The notes below the pieces were generated by a model. It was not told where the DNA came from. It made no database searches and saw only the letters and a program-made list of their open reading frames with translations. The position numbers were made by a program, and so were the translations under genes. Positions 18,003 through 27,344 of a stretch of 41,543 nucleotides of DNA are shown here, in pieces. The first letter of the stretch is position 1. Each line of letters starts with the position of its first letter. This DNA is from Bdellovibrionales bacterium. Its GTDB lineage: Bacteria > Bdellovibrionota > Bdellovibrionia > Bdellovibrionales > JAGQZY01. The stretch is from positions 1 through 41,543 of the forward strand of contig JANPLN010000016.1 in the NCBI GenBank assembly GCA_031426555.1. Reading direction: 5' to 3'.

Positions 18003-19292
18003 ATGAATTCAAAAGAGCTTTTTGAGCGCGCATTAAAAGTCGCCCCAGGTGGCGTTCATTCTCCCGTTCGCGCTTTTAAAAGTGTCGGTGGAACACCGGT
18101 GTTTTTTGAATCCGCGCAAGGCGCCTATTTACAATCGGTGGAAAAAAAGAAATACATCGATTTTTGCATGAGCTTTGGTCCACTGTTGCTCGGCCATCGC
18201 GATCCGGAAGTGCAAGAAGAAGTTCTATCCATGGTGAACACGGCGTGGACCTTTGGCGCCTGCGAGCCTTACTCTTTGGAACTTGCAGAGTGGATGACCT
18301 CACAACTTCCGTGGCTTGAGAAAGTTCGCTTTGTAAGCTCTGGAACCGAAGCCGTGATGAGTACGCTGCGTGTGGCTCGCGCGGTGACGGGGCGCTCGAA
18401 GATTTTGAAATTTGAAGGCTGCTACCATGGTCATTGCGACTCTTTGCTGGTGAAGGCGGGAAGTGGTTTGGCGGGAGCTTCGGCCAGCGACAGTGCCGGT
18501 GTGTCTCCGCAGGTGGCGCAGGAAACCCTGGTTGCGCCTTTGGATGATGAAGAGGCTTTGGAAAAAGTATTTGCTCAGTATCCACTGCAGATTGCCGCAG
18601 TGATTATCGAGCCGCTACCGGCAAATTTTGGCCTCATTGTGCAAAAACAAAAATTTCTTAAAAAAGTCGCCGAACTTTGCGAAAAAAATTGCACGCTGTT
18701 AATTTTTGACGAGGTGATCAGCGGTTTTCGCGTGGATCTGGGCGGGATGGCGGCCCTTACGGGAATTCAACCCGACCTAGTTTGCTACGGAAAAATCATT
18801 GGTGGCGGCTTTCCGGTGGGCTGTTACGGTGGTAAAAAGAGTTTTATGAATTTCGTTGCGCCAAGCGGCCCCGTTTATCAAGCGGGAACATTGAGTGGAA
18901 ATCCCATCGGTATGCGAGCAGGGTTAACCACTCTTAAAAAAGCGGTGCGGGAAAACGCATGGAGCGTTTTAAAACAACGCACCGAAAGTTTCAAACAGCA
19001 ATTGGGATCCTTGTTTAACACTCATGGTGTGGATTTTAAAATTGCCCATCATCCGTCATTGTTTTGGATTCATGGCTCAGAACTCGAGCATCCGGCATCG
19101 TTGGGCGAGATTCCTTTGTCCCACGGCGAAAATTTTAAAAAATTCTTTCACGCCTGCTTAGACGAAGGCATTTATCTTGCTCCTAGCGGGTTTGAGGTGA
19201 GCTTTTTATCTCTCGCACATGAGCAAAAAGTTTTAGACGAAGCCCTTGAGAAGTTTTCGCGAGCCATTATAAAATTTAAAGGCGGATTGTGA
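18003..19292 (+). CDS. hemL: Glutamate-1-semialdehyde 2,1-aminomutase
   Basis: [67 protein letters not shown] precedes ATG 18003 (ATG 17988 is an alternative). Confidence 0.97.
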   Translation: MNSKELFERALKVAPGGVHSPVRAFKSVGGTPVFFESAQGAYLQSVEKKKYIDFCMSFGPLLLGHRDPEVQEEVLSMVNTAWTFGACEPYSLELAEWMTSQLPWLEKVRFVSSGTEAVMSTLRVARAVTGRSKILKFEGCYHGHCDSLLVKAGSGLAGASASDSAGVSPQVAQETLVAPLDDEEALEKVFAQYPLQIAAVIIEPLPANFGLIVQKQKFLKKVAELCEKNCTLLIFDEVISGFRVDLGGMAALTGIQPDLVCYGKIIGGGFPVGCYGGKKSFMNFVAPSGPVYQAGTLSGNPIGMRAGLTTLKKAVRENAWSVLKQRTESFKQQLGSLFNTHGVDFKIAHHPSLFWIHGSELEHPASLGEIPLSHGENFKKFFHACLDEGIYLAPSGFEVSFLSLAHEQKVLDEALEKFSRAIIKFKGGL

Positions 19293-20143
19293 GCAAAAGT
19301 CGCTGGACCGTTACTTTTTTTGCTCTCTGGTTGGTCTTTGTGGTGTCACTGGCTATTTGGTGGATGATATTTACCCTCCGCACATTGGGAACACTGCATG
19401 AACAAAATCCATCCTTAGAACTGCAGCCGCAAACCACGATGCTGATAACCGAAGGCAGTGTGTTGATTGTGCTTTTAGTGCTGGGTGGAGTGACGTTAAT
19501 TTACTACGCGCTTCGCGAGCAAAGACGTTTCTCTGAAATTCAACTTTTCTTTTCCACATTTACCCACGATCTCAAAACCTCCATCACGCGCTTGGTTTTA
19601 CAAGGGGAGCGTTTAAGTTTAAAGGATCAAGAATCCGAGGCTTTTCAAAAAAGCCTGATGGCGCTAGAGATGCAACTGGAAAACAGTTTGTACTTGGCAC
19701 AGATGGATCAGCGCGGCTTGGTTTTGGAGTCTATCGATTTAAAAAAGATTGTGGCGCGTCTTCATACTCAATGGCCCGACCTCAAAATCCAATTGCAAGG
19801 CAAAGATCCATTTTTGGCAGATTCGGTGGCGCTGGAAAGCATTCTAAAAAACCTCATCAGCAATTCGCTCTTGCACGGAAAAGCTGATGAGATTTATTTA
19901 AAAGTGACTTCGCACAAACCCGATGTTCATATTATCTACTCGGACAACAGCGAAGTGGCGTTGCAGAGAAACCCTGAAGAGTTTGGGCAAAAACTCGAGC
20001 CTTCGCAAAAAGGCTCGGGCCTCGGGTTGTATATTGTTCGTCGCTGGATGGCTTTGCAAAAAAGTCGCATCGCTTTCTCGACCACCGCCAAAAAAACCCT
20101 GCAAGTGGAAATGCAATTTTCGGCGATGCGGGGGGACGCATGA
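19289..20143 (+). CDS. Two-component sensor histidine kinase (2 TM, very short periplasmic loop)
   Basis: H-box [10 protein letters not shown]-box [13 protein letters not shown]-box GSGLGLYIV; overlaps hemL by 4 nt. Confidence 0.92.
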   Translation: MSKSRWTVTFFALWLVFVVSLAIWWMIFTLRTLGTLHEQNPSLELQPQTTMLITEGSVLIVLLVLGGVTLIYYALREQRRFSEIQLFFSTFTHDLKTSITRLVLQGERLSLKDQESEAFQKSLMALEMQLENSLYLAQMDQRGLVLESIDLKKIVARLHTQWPDLKIQLQGKDPFLADSVALESILKNLISNSLLHGKADEIYLKVTSHKPDVHIIYSDNSEVALQRNPEEFGQKLEPSQKGSGLGLYIVRRWMALQKSRIAFSTTAKKTLQVEMQFSAMRGDA

Positions 20144-20790
20144 CGTCCCTGCTGCTCGTGGAAGACGATCTTCAGCTTGGTAAAACTCTTTCGAGCCAGC
20201 TCACGGACCAAGGTTACAAAGTGCACTGGTGTCAAACCGTGGAGAGTTACAAGGCGCTTGACGAACACGGCTTCGACCTCGCCATTGTGGATTTAAATTT
20301 GCCGGACGGTTCTGGGTTCGACGTGATAGCCAAGTTAAACATACCGGTAATAATTATGACGGCGCAAAACTCTCCTGAGAATCGCCTGCAAGGTCTGGAG
20401 CTGGGTGTTTATGATTTTATCCCAAAGCCTTTTTTATTTAAAGAACTGCACTTAAAGCTCGGCCGTTTGCTTTCGGAACGGCAGCAGACCATTGATTTGG
20501 ATGGACGATTGCAAATCGATCTTAAAAGTCGCACTATCGAAGATCAAAAAAGCAATACGACGTTTTTAAACGAGCGCGAGTATCAGATTTTAAAACTGCT
20601 CATCGAAAAAACGCCACAAGTGGTGAGTCGTGACGAAATTCTTAATTTTTTAAAGGAAGACGAATCCGCTTCGCATCGGAGTATCGATAATGTCATTGTT
20701 CGTCTTCGCCAAGTGCTCGAAGATGAAAATCACAAGTACATCCACTCTGTGCGCGGTGTGGGTTACCAGTGGTTGGGAGAAAAAAAATGA
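20140..20790 (+). CDS. OmpR/PhoB-family response regulator
   Basis: LLLVEDD, DLNLPDGSG, IIMTA, DFIPKPF; winged helix REYQIL...SIDNVIVRLR...IHSVRGVGY. Confidence 0.95.
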   Translation: MTSLLLVEDDLQLGKTLSSQLTDQGYKVHWCQTVESYKALDEHGFDLAIVDLNLPDGSGFDVIAKLNIPVIIMTAQNSPENRLQGLELGVYDFIPKPFLFKELHLKLGRLLSERQQTIDLDGRLQIDLKSRTIEDQKSNTTFLNEREYQILKLLIEKTPQVVSRDEILNFLKEDESASHRSIDNVIVRLRQVLEDENHKYIHSVRGVGYQWLGEKK

Positions 20791-21797
20791 ATACAAAGTT
20801 TCATAATGCTTTAAAAAGAACGCCACAGCAGTGCCCCCCGATCTGGTTTATGCGCCAGGCGGGTCGATACCATCAACACTACCAAAAATTACGCGCCGAA
20901 AATTCGTTTATGGATTTGTGTAAAAAGCCGCGCCTCGCCGCCGAAGTGGCCATGGGCCCCATCCAAGATTTCGACTTCGATGTGTCGATTCTATTTAGTG
21001 ATTTGCTTTTTCCACTAGAAGCCATGGGAATGGGGCTTGAGTATTCTCCGGGCCCAAAATTGGGCTGGCATTTGACCAGCTTAGAAGATCTTAAAAAACT
21101 CGATACGAGTTCGCGCGCGCTCGAAAAGCTTCAGTTTCAAAAAGAAGCGTGCATCGAAACACGCAAAGTGCTGCCGGCTCACAAAAGTTTTATTGGCTTT
21201 GTGGGCGGTCCATGGACGTTGTTTTCATACGCCGCAGGCGGTAGCCACGAAGCTCAACAGGTGAAACGCTTGATCTCCCTTTATGAAGGGTTTTCGGAGG
21301 TTTTACTTCCGCTCCTCAAGCAAAACATTCAGTTGCAACTCGATGGGGGAGTAGAAACAGTAATGGTGCTGGACACCTCGGCGGGAGATTTGTCTCCCGG
21401 CATGTACCGGGATTATATCGTTCCCCAGATCAAAAACCTCGCGGAGAGCTTTCCTGGCAAGCTTGGCTATTACACAAAACATACAAATCACGAGCACTTG
21501 GAATCTTACTTTCAAGTGCCGCAGCTGGCGGGGCTGGGTGTGGATCACCGCTGGGATCTGGCAAAACTTTTTGCCCAATCTCCTGGGATTGTGCAGGGCA
21601 ACTTCGACCAGCAACTGCTGTTTTTAAAACCCAACGAATTTGAAAAAGAATTTCGTCGCTGGATGGCGCCGCTGCAAGCTCTCTCGCCCGAGCAACGTCG
21701 AGGTTGGGTGTGCGGGCTAGGGCATGGCGTCTTACCACAAACTCCCGAAGACAACGTGCGCGCGTTTGTTAAATATGTGCGCGAGGTCTTCGGATGA
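20787..21797 (+). CDS. hemE: Uroporphyrinogen decarboxylase
   Basis: PIWFMRQAGRY, ILFSDLL, IGFVGGPWT, VQGNFD, LGHGVLPQTP. ATG 20787 overlaps the regulator stop codon. Confidence 0.97.
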   Translation: MNTKFHNALKRTPQQCPPIWFMRQAGRYHQHYQKLRAENSFMDLCKKPRLAAEVAMGPIQDFDFDVSILFSDLLFPLEAMGMGLEYSPGPKLGWHLTSLEDLKKLDTSSRALEKLQFQKEACIETRKVLPAHKSFIGFVGGPWTLFSYAAGGSHEAQQVKRLISLYEGFSEVLLPLLKQNIQLQLDGGVETVMVLDTSAGDLSPGMYRDYIVPQIKNLAESFPGKLGYYTKHTNHEHLESYFQVPQLAGLGVDHRWDLAKLFAQSPGIVQGNFDQQLLFLKPNEFEKEFRRWMAPLQALSPEQRRGWVCGLGHGVLPQTPEDNVRAFVKYVREVFG

Positions 21798-23149
21798 GTT
21801 CAAAAGTAAACCTCTTTCAGAAATACGATGTTCCAGCACCGCGCTACACCAGTTACCCCACGGTGCCGTACTGGTCTGATAACCCCACCACCGACCAGTG
21901 GTTGGGTTTTGTGCGGGAAAATATGCAAAAACCCGCTACGACCTGGTCCATGTATTTGCACATTCCGTTTTGCGAAACCCTGTGCACGTTTTGCGGTTGC
22001 AACACGTCCATCACAAAAAACCATGATCGCGAAGAGCCCTACGTTGGGATGCTTTTTAAAGAATGGGAAAACTACGTCGCAAAGGTTCCCGAGCTGTTGT
22101 CGCGACCGCTTTCGCAATTTCATTTGGGCGGGGGAACACCGACCTTTTTGTCGGCGAAAAATCTCGATCGATTAGTGGGTCGGTTTTTTGCCGATTGCCA
22201 TAAGTCCAAGGACGGTGAGTTTGAAGGCGCTGTCGAAGTGGATCCTCGCCGAACCACCGAAGAGCAATTGAGTGTGCTCCGTCAGCATGGCTTTAACCGA
22301 ATCAGTCTTGGCGTGCAGGATTTTGATCCCGAAGTGCAAAGATTAGTAAATCGCATTCAGCCCTTCGAGATGACCAAAAAAATCACCGATACCGCTCGTA
22401 GACTTGGCTACGAAAGCGTGAACTTCGATTTAATCTATGGGTTGCCATCACAGACCGAAGAAAAAATTCGCGCTATGATGAAAAAAACCTGTGAGCTCAT
22501 GCCTGATCGCATCGCGCTGTATAGTTTGGCGGTGGTTCCATGGATTAAACCTGCCCAAAAACTTTTTAAAGACGAAGATCTCCCTAAGGGGCAAGAAAAG
22601 CGCCGACTGTACGAAATCAGTCGGGAACTCTTGCTGCAAGCTGGCTACATCGAAATTGGCATGGATCATTTTTCTTTGCCGAACGAGGCCTTGGCGATTG
22701 CGGCCCGCGAAAAACGCCTGCATCGCAATTTTATGGGCTACACCGATCGTCGAACTGACGTGCTTTTAGGAATGGGCGTGAGTTCTATTTCGGAGACACC
22801 GGAGTGCTTTCATCAAAACGAAAAAACGTTACCGGTGTACGAAAAACGAGTGAGTGCAGGCGAGATTCCAACCCACCGCGGACATTTGCTGAGCTCGGAA
22901 GATCGTCGTCAGCGCGAGCAGATTTTAAAATTTATGACCGAGGGAGAACTGGAACTTGCCGAAAAGCAAAAGCAAGACGTACAAAATTACTTGCAAGAAA
23001 TGATCAACGATAATTTAGTCACCTTTGATAAAAACACCTTGAAGATGACAGACCTTGGGCGACCGTTTTTACGCAACGCCTGCATGGCCCTTGATCACCG
23101 CTTGCGTCTGCAAATGCCAAACACCCAGGTTTTTTCTAAATCCTTATGA
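21794..23149 (+). CDS. hemN: Oxygen-independent coproporphyrinogen III oxidase (radical SAM)
   Basis: PRYTSYPT, YLHIPFCETLCTFCGC, GGGTPT, GFNRISLGVQD, IGMDHF, LHRNFMGYT. Confidence 0.97.
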   Translation: MSSKVNLFQKYDVPAPRYTSYPTVPYWSDNPTTDQWLGFVRENMQKPATTWSMYLHIPFCETLCTFCGCNTSITKNHDREEPYVGMLFKEWENYVAKVPELLSRPLSQFHLGGGTPTFLSAKNLDRLVGRFFADCHKSKDGEFEGAVEVDPRRTTEEQLSVLRQHGFNRISLGVQDFDPEVQRLVNRIQPFEMTKKITDTARRLGYESVNFDLIYGLPSQTEEKIRAMMKKTCELMPDRIALYSLAVVPWIKPAQKLFKDEDLPKGQEKRRLYEISRELLLQAGYIEIGMDHFSLPNEALAIAAREKRLHRNFMGYTDRRTDVLLGMGVSSISETPECFHQNEKTLPVYEKRVSAGEIPTHRGHLLSSEDRRQREQILKFMTEGELELAEKQKQDVQNYLQEMINDNLVTFDKNTLKMTDLGRPFLRNACMALDHRLRLQMPNTQVFSKSL

Positions 23150-24363
23150 AGAAGTCCGTGCAAGTTGTTGGAGCCGGAATCAGTGGCCTTCTGTGTGCAT
23201 ACCACGCAGTGGAAAAAGGCTATGACGTGGAAGTATACGACACCGCGGCGAACGCGGGTGGAAAAATACAAACTCAGCAATCTAAACACGGCCTTATGGA
23301 ATCTGCTGCCAATGCCATTCTTGCAGACGCGCTGGTCGAGAGTGTGGCCGATAACATTGGTTTAAAATTGATTGCCAAGCAACCCACTGCCAACAAGCGC
23401 TACATCTATGCCATGGGAGCTGTTCGCCGTTGGCCCTTGGGAATTCTCGATTCGCTGCGCGTGCTGCGTTTTTTGCTTTTTTGGAAACTGGGCTCGGCTT
23501 CCATTCGGCCGCGACCTCAGGAGACATTAAAGACGTGGTCGGACCGCGTGCTTAGCTCCGCCGTGACCGAGCATTTGTTGGGACCCGCCTGTCAGGGAAT
23601 TTTTGGCGTGGATGCCCAGCCTTTGAGTGCGCAATTGATCTTCAATTATTTTTTTGCAAAAACTCCCCGTGCCCATGGAAGACTTCGCGGCTCGGTGGCC
23701 CCCGAAGGTGGTATGGGTGAGTGGGTGGAGTGTTTGGTTAAATATCTACGCGCTAAAAATGTGCGATTTTATTTTTCCCAGCCGGCACACTTAGATTCTA
23801 AAAAAATTGTCATTGTGGCCACGGATTTACAAAACGCAGTGCAAATCCTCAAAAAGCAGAATGATATTCGCGGAGATATTTTGTCTGCGGTGCCGCTGGT
23901 GGATCTGGTGAGTGTGAACGTGTTTTATAAACAGCGGCCTTCCGAGCAAGCGCCAGGTTTTGGGGTTCTTTTTTCGCGCGCTGAAGGTTTAATACCCCTC
24001 GGCGTATTACTGAACAGTGATATCTTTGCCAAACGAGCCAGCGACGCGCACTCAGAGACTTGGATTTTCGGAACTTCGACTTCGCAGTTTAAGGCGTTAC
24101 CCGATGGATTTTTTCTCGAGAACATCCAAGCGGTGCGTCAAAAACTATGGCACGCCTCAGAAGAGCCCATTCAAATTAAAATCAACCGTTGGCCTGGGGC
24201 CATACCCCTTTACGGCTTAGAGTTAGAAAAAGCTTTAACAAAACTGGCACAGGAATCACCGAGAGCGGGAGCTTACCTTATGGGCAATTATCTTGGCGAA
24301 TTGGGGCTGAACCGCCTGTTCCATGGCGCGAAATCTTTGCTAGACACTATCGAAAGTGTATAA
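23146..24363 (+). CDS. hemY: FAD-dependent protoporphyrinogen oxidase (HemY/PgoX type)
   Basis: VVGAGISGL, GGKIQT, GIFG, GFGVL, RWPGAIPLY, GNYLG; position in the haem operon. Confidence 0.85.
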   Translation: MKKSVQVVGAGISGLLCAYHAVEKGYDVEVYDTAANAGGKIQTQQSKHGLMESAANAILADALVESVADNIGLKLIAKQPTANKRYIYAMGAVRRWPLGILDSLRVLRFLLFWKLGSASIRPRPQETLKTWSDRVLSSAVTEHLLGPACQGIFGVDAQPLSAQLIFNYFFAKTPRAHGRLRGSVAPEGGMGEWVECLVKYLRAKNVRFYFSQPAHLDSKKIVIVATDLQNAVQILKKQNDIRGDILSAVPLVDLVSVNVFYKQRPSEQAPGFGVLFSRAEGLIPLGVLLNSDIFAKRASDAHSETWIFGTSTSQFKALPDGFFLENIQAVRQKLWHASEEPIQIKINRWPGAIPLYGLELEKALTKLAQESPRAGAYLMGNYLGELGLNRLFHGAKSLLDTIESV

Positions 24364-25609
24364 TCAGTCAGTGCAGCAGTTGTCATTTGCCAAAGATTTT
24401 TTAGTTCGATTTTTGTTCTCCCGTCGGGCGGGGGCTCTGATCAAAACGATTTCCTGGCTGTCTGTTTTTGGCATTGGTATTGGCGTGAGCTCTCTCATCG
24501 TTGTCTTAAGTGTCATGAACGGGTTTAATCGATCCATTCGCGAGAGAAAGTTTTCGGTGGAGCCCCATTTGGTGGTTTTGTTTGAACAAAAAAGCATGAA
24601 AGATGTGAAAGAGCATCCGGCCACTCGCTGGATCGAAGCGCAAAAAAATATTCAAATGTCGTTTTCCGAAACTCAAGATTTGATTCTGCGAAGTTCCGAT
24701 GGGTTTGTTCAGGGGGCCATCGCCCAGGGTGTGTCTGAAGACACCTTGAAACTTTTGTTTAAAACCAAGTCGCGAATGGCGGACAATGAGAAAAGCAGCG
24801 AGAAATACAAAAACCGTATTCTCAAACCGGGCGAAGTTTTTGTTGGTGTGGGCCTGGGCGACATCATGGGGTTGTTTGAGGGCGATAATGTGGTGGCGCT
24901 GTCGCCCGAATCGTTGCTGACCGCCCAGGATGGTGCAAAAAATTTCGAAACCCTCAAGGTAAAAGATTTTATCCAAACAGACATCGAAGATATCGACACG
25001 CGAAAAATCTATTATCAAATTGATGAAACTCTTTTGCGATTTCGCAAAACAGCCAGTCTTGAGCGCACGCTGGAGTTGCGCATTCCCGATGCCGAAAATT
25101 TTAAGCCGATCAAAAGTAAAATCGAAAGTTTCGGCGTGAAAGTGGACTCCTGGCAGGATCGAAATTCCAATTTATTTTATTCTTTAAAACTTGAAAAGTT
25201 TGTGGTGGGTTTGCTGCTGGGCTTAAGCACCTTGATTGCCAGTTTTTCGTTAGTCACGGTGATGGTTTTGCTAGTGACACAAAAGCGAAAAGACATCGGT
25301 CTTTTGCTAGCACTCGGATTTCACCCAATGAGTTTACGAAGAGTTTTTGTGCACGTGGGCGTTTTTTTAGGGTCCCTCGGAATTTTTGGTGGCGCGCTCT
25401 TGGGACTTGTTTTATCTTTATTCATTCAGCGGTACTCACAGGGATTGCTGCCAAACATTTACGAAGACACAAACATTCCCGTGGAAATTCATATGTCGCA
25501 AGTCATCGTCGTGGTGTCCATTGCCTGCGTGGTTTCCTTAGCTGCCACATGGATCTCGGTGCGCCGTTTGTCCTCGTGGATTCCGTCGAACGCGCTGCGC
25601 GGACTTTAA
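24356..25609 (+). CDS. LolC/LolE-like (FtsX/MacB family) ABC transporter permease
   Basis: ISWLSVFGIGIGVSSLIVVLSVMNGF, SWQDRN...LKLEK, KRKDIGLLLALG; 4-TM architecture with a large periplasmic domain. Confidence 0.88.
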   Translation: MYNQSVQQLSFAKDFLVRFLFSRRAGALIKTISWLSVFGIGIGVSSLIVVLSVMNGFNRSIRERKFSVEPHLVVLFEQKSMKDVKEHPATRWIEAQKNIQMSFSETQDLILRSSDGFVQGAIAQGVSEDTLKLLFKTKSRMADNEKSSEKYKNRILKPGEVFVGVGLGDIMGLFEGDNVVALSPESLLTAQDGAKNFETLKVKDFIQTDIEDIDTRKIYYQIDETLLRFRKTASLERTLELRIPDAENFKPIKSKIESFGVKVDSWQDRNSNLFYSLKLEKFVVGLLLGLSTLIASFSLVTVMVLLVTQKRKDIGLLLALGFHPMSLRRVFVHVGVFLGSLGIFGGALLGLVLSLFIQRYSQGLLPNIYEDTNIPVEIHMSQVIVVVSIACVVSLAATWISVRRLSSWIPSNALRGL

Positions 25610-25709
25610 TTTTTTTCGTCCCTATAATCTTTTCAAACTGTGCCAAAGCCTCAGCTCCTATTTTACTTTTACTAAAAAATCCCTTTAATTGAAAAAGGGG
25701 GATGTAAAA

Positions 25710-27092
25710 ATGAAATTTGGGGTTTGGGTTATTTCTGTTTCACTTTTTTACGGCGCTGCAAGCGGGGAGACCTTGTCCGGGTGCGAAAGCACAAGCTATG
25801 CAGAAAGCAATATCACTGAAAGAGATTTTTTTCTGCGGTCTCTCAAGTACAAACTGAATCAAGATTCGCAGAAATCCATTGAAAGTATCACCTCCGCAAA
25901 AAATACCCTGGTCCAGTGCCAAGCGGGTGGCTGTCCAGAGCTTTATGACAGCTTCGTCGCCGTTCTCACCGAGCAAATGCAATTGGCCAAAATGGTCAAA
26001 GCCATTGTTAAAAAAGGCGGTCTTCAGCGGGCGAGTGCGCGGCAAGTGTTTACAATTTCGGGAGTGCTTAAAAAAATTAAAAACGGAAGCCTTCAACCTG
26101 CGGAAATTGGATCTTTTAACACTGATGGGTTTAATTATTCGGAAGACGACCAGGAAAAAACACTGCAGCTTTGGCAGCATATTTATGTAAAAACCGTGGC
26201 CCATCTGCCGCCGCGATCGCACTATCAAACCTCCATCGACGGCACGAATTTATTTTTTCGTCAGCTGTCCCACGATTTGATTGCACTGAATCCGCTGCTG
26301 GCGTTTCTTAACGAAACCGATGTTTCCGAACCGCAGAAGATATTCGCGGTATTTGACAAACTTGTACAGTTTAACCAAGACTTTCTCGTATCCGTGGAAG
26401 ATATGAAAACTCGTCATAGCACCACTTTTTGGAGCACGCTCAATTTAACGTCCCCCGATCACGAAATGGGACTGGTGAATTTTAGTGGCTACGCCAGTGG
26501 TGTCGTGGAGCAATATTCGCGAACCGAAACTGATCAACAAATTCTTTGTTCGGCTTGGGCCGATCTTAAGTCACAGCAGCGAAGCCGAATTATATCGTCC
26601 ATCGGAGTGGGCACCGCCGCAGCTGTTGTTTGCGGTGTGGGAATTTGGTCAGGTGTGGGGACGATTCCCGCGACAGCCATTTGCTCGTTCACCGTGGCGG
26701 ATGGACTTTGGGGAGCGCGTCGGGGCTACCTGGATTCCGAAATCGCATACATTTCACGGTTTGCTGGCGTTCAGGCGCTAAGTGATGGGACCTTTTCAGA
26801 AGGGATGCTTTCATTGTCGGAAAGTGAAAAGCAGGAGCTGCAAGGAGACGTGGTGTTTTTAATTAACATCATCGGTATTGTTCCTGTTGTGAGAGCTTTG
26901 AAAATGGCTCAACCAGAAGTACGGGGAAAGGTTTTTGATCTTGTCAAAATTCCAGCAAGTGATGTCGTGGTTTCTACCATCGAGTCGCAGTCGGCGAATA
27001 TCGGCTACGGATTATTGATTTTGCAGAGATCCGACCTGCTCAATCGTCAAATGGACAGAGAGCTCAACGCGCTCATGGCGACATATCGATAG
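25710..27092 (+). CDS. Secreted hypothetical protein with a C-terminal Gly/Ala-rich hydrophobic hairpin
   Basis: ATG 25710 after a GGGGG RBS; signal peptide; SSIGVGTAAAVVCGVGIWSGVGTIPATAIC segment. Confidence 0.75.
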   Translation: MKFGVWVISVSLFYGAASGETLSGCESTSYAESNITERDFFLRSLKYKLNQDSQKSIESITSAKNTLVQCQAGGCPELYDSFVAVLTEQMQLAKMVKAIVKKGGLQRASARQVFTISGVLKKIKNGSLQPAEIGSFNTDGFNYSEDDQEKTLQLWQHIYVKTVAHLPPRSHYQTSIDGTNLFFRQLSHDLIALNPLLAFLNETDVSEPQKIFAVFDKLVQFNQDFLVSVEDMKTRHSTTFWSTLNLTSPDHEMGLVNFSGYASGVVEQYSRTETDQQILCSAWADLKSQQRSRIISSIGVGTAAAVVCGVGIWSGVGTIPATAICSFTVADGLWGARRGYLDSEIAYISRFAGVQALSDGTFSEGMLSLSESEKQELQGDVVFLINIIGIVPVVRALKMAQPEVRGKVFDLVKIPASDVVVSTIESQSANIGYGLLILQRSDLLNRQMDRELNALMATYR

Positions 27093-27095
27093 AAT

Positions 27096-27137
27096 AAAAA
27101 AGCGGCGAGTCTTTTAAAAAGGTAACACCGCTTTTTT
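27096..27137. terminator. Bidirectional terminator-like inverted repeat
   Basis: AAAAAAGCGG...CCGCTTTTTT between convergent genes; large loop. Confidence 0.55.
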
Positions 27138-27164
27138 AATTAAATCTAGCTACTTTTTGCTAGA

Positions 27165-27281
27165 TTAATTCTTACTTGATTCACTCTTTCGAGAGCTGTC
27201 TTTTTTGCTACTGGATTCGGAGCCTTTTTCGTTCTTTTGAGACGACGATTTGGTTCCTTTTTTACTACTATTGTTGTTCAT
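27165..27281 (-). CDS. 38-aa Ser/Lys-rich hydrophilic small protein (absent from the ORF track)
   Basis: GGAAGGAGG RBS 5 nt before the ATG. Translation MNNNSSKKGTKSSSQKNEKGSESSSKKDSSRKSESSKN. Followed by hairpins. Confidence 0.65.
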   Translation of the reverse strand: MNNNSSKKGTKSSSQKNEKGSESSSKKDSSRKSESSKN

Positions 27282-27344
27282 AACTACCTCCTTCCAATAA
27301 CAAAATTATGGTTTAATTGCCTCTTATAATCTTGTTCGAAGTGT

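Noticed and set aside
21794..23149. HemW/RSAD1 haem chaperone instead of HemN
   Set aside because: It has the PRYTSYP N-terminus and RNFMGYT motif of true coproporphyrinogen dehydrogenases.
25632..25648. TTGGCACAGTTTGAA sigma-54-like site on the minus strand
   Set aside because: The -12 GC is missing, and it points antisense into the permease gene.
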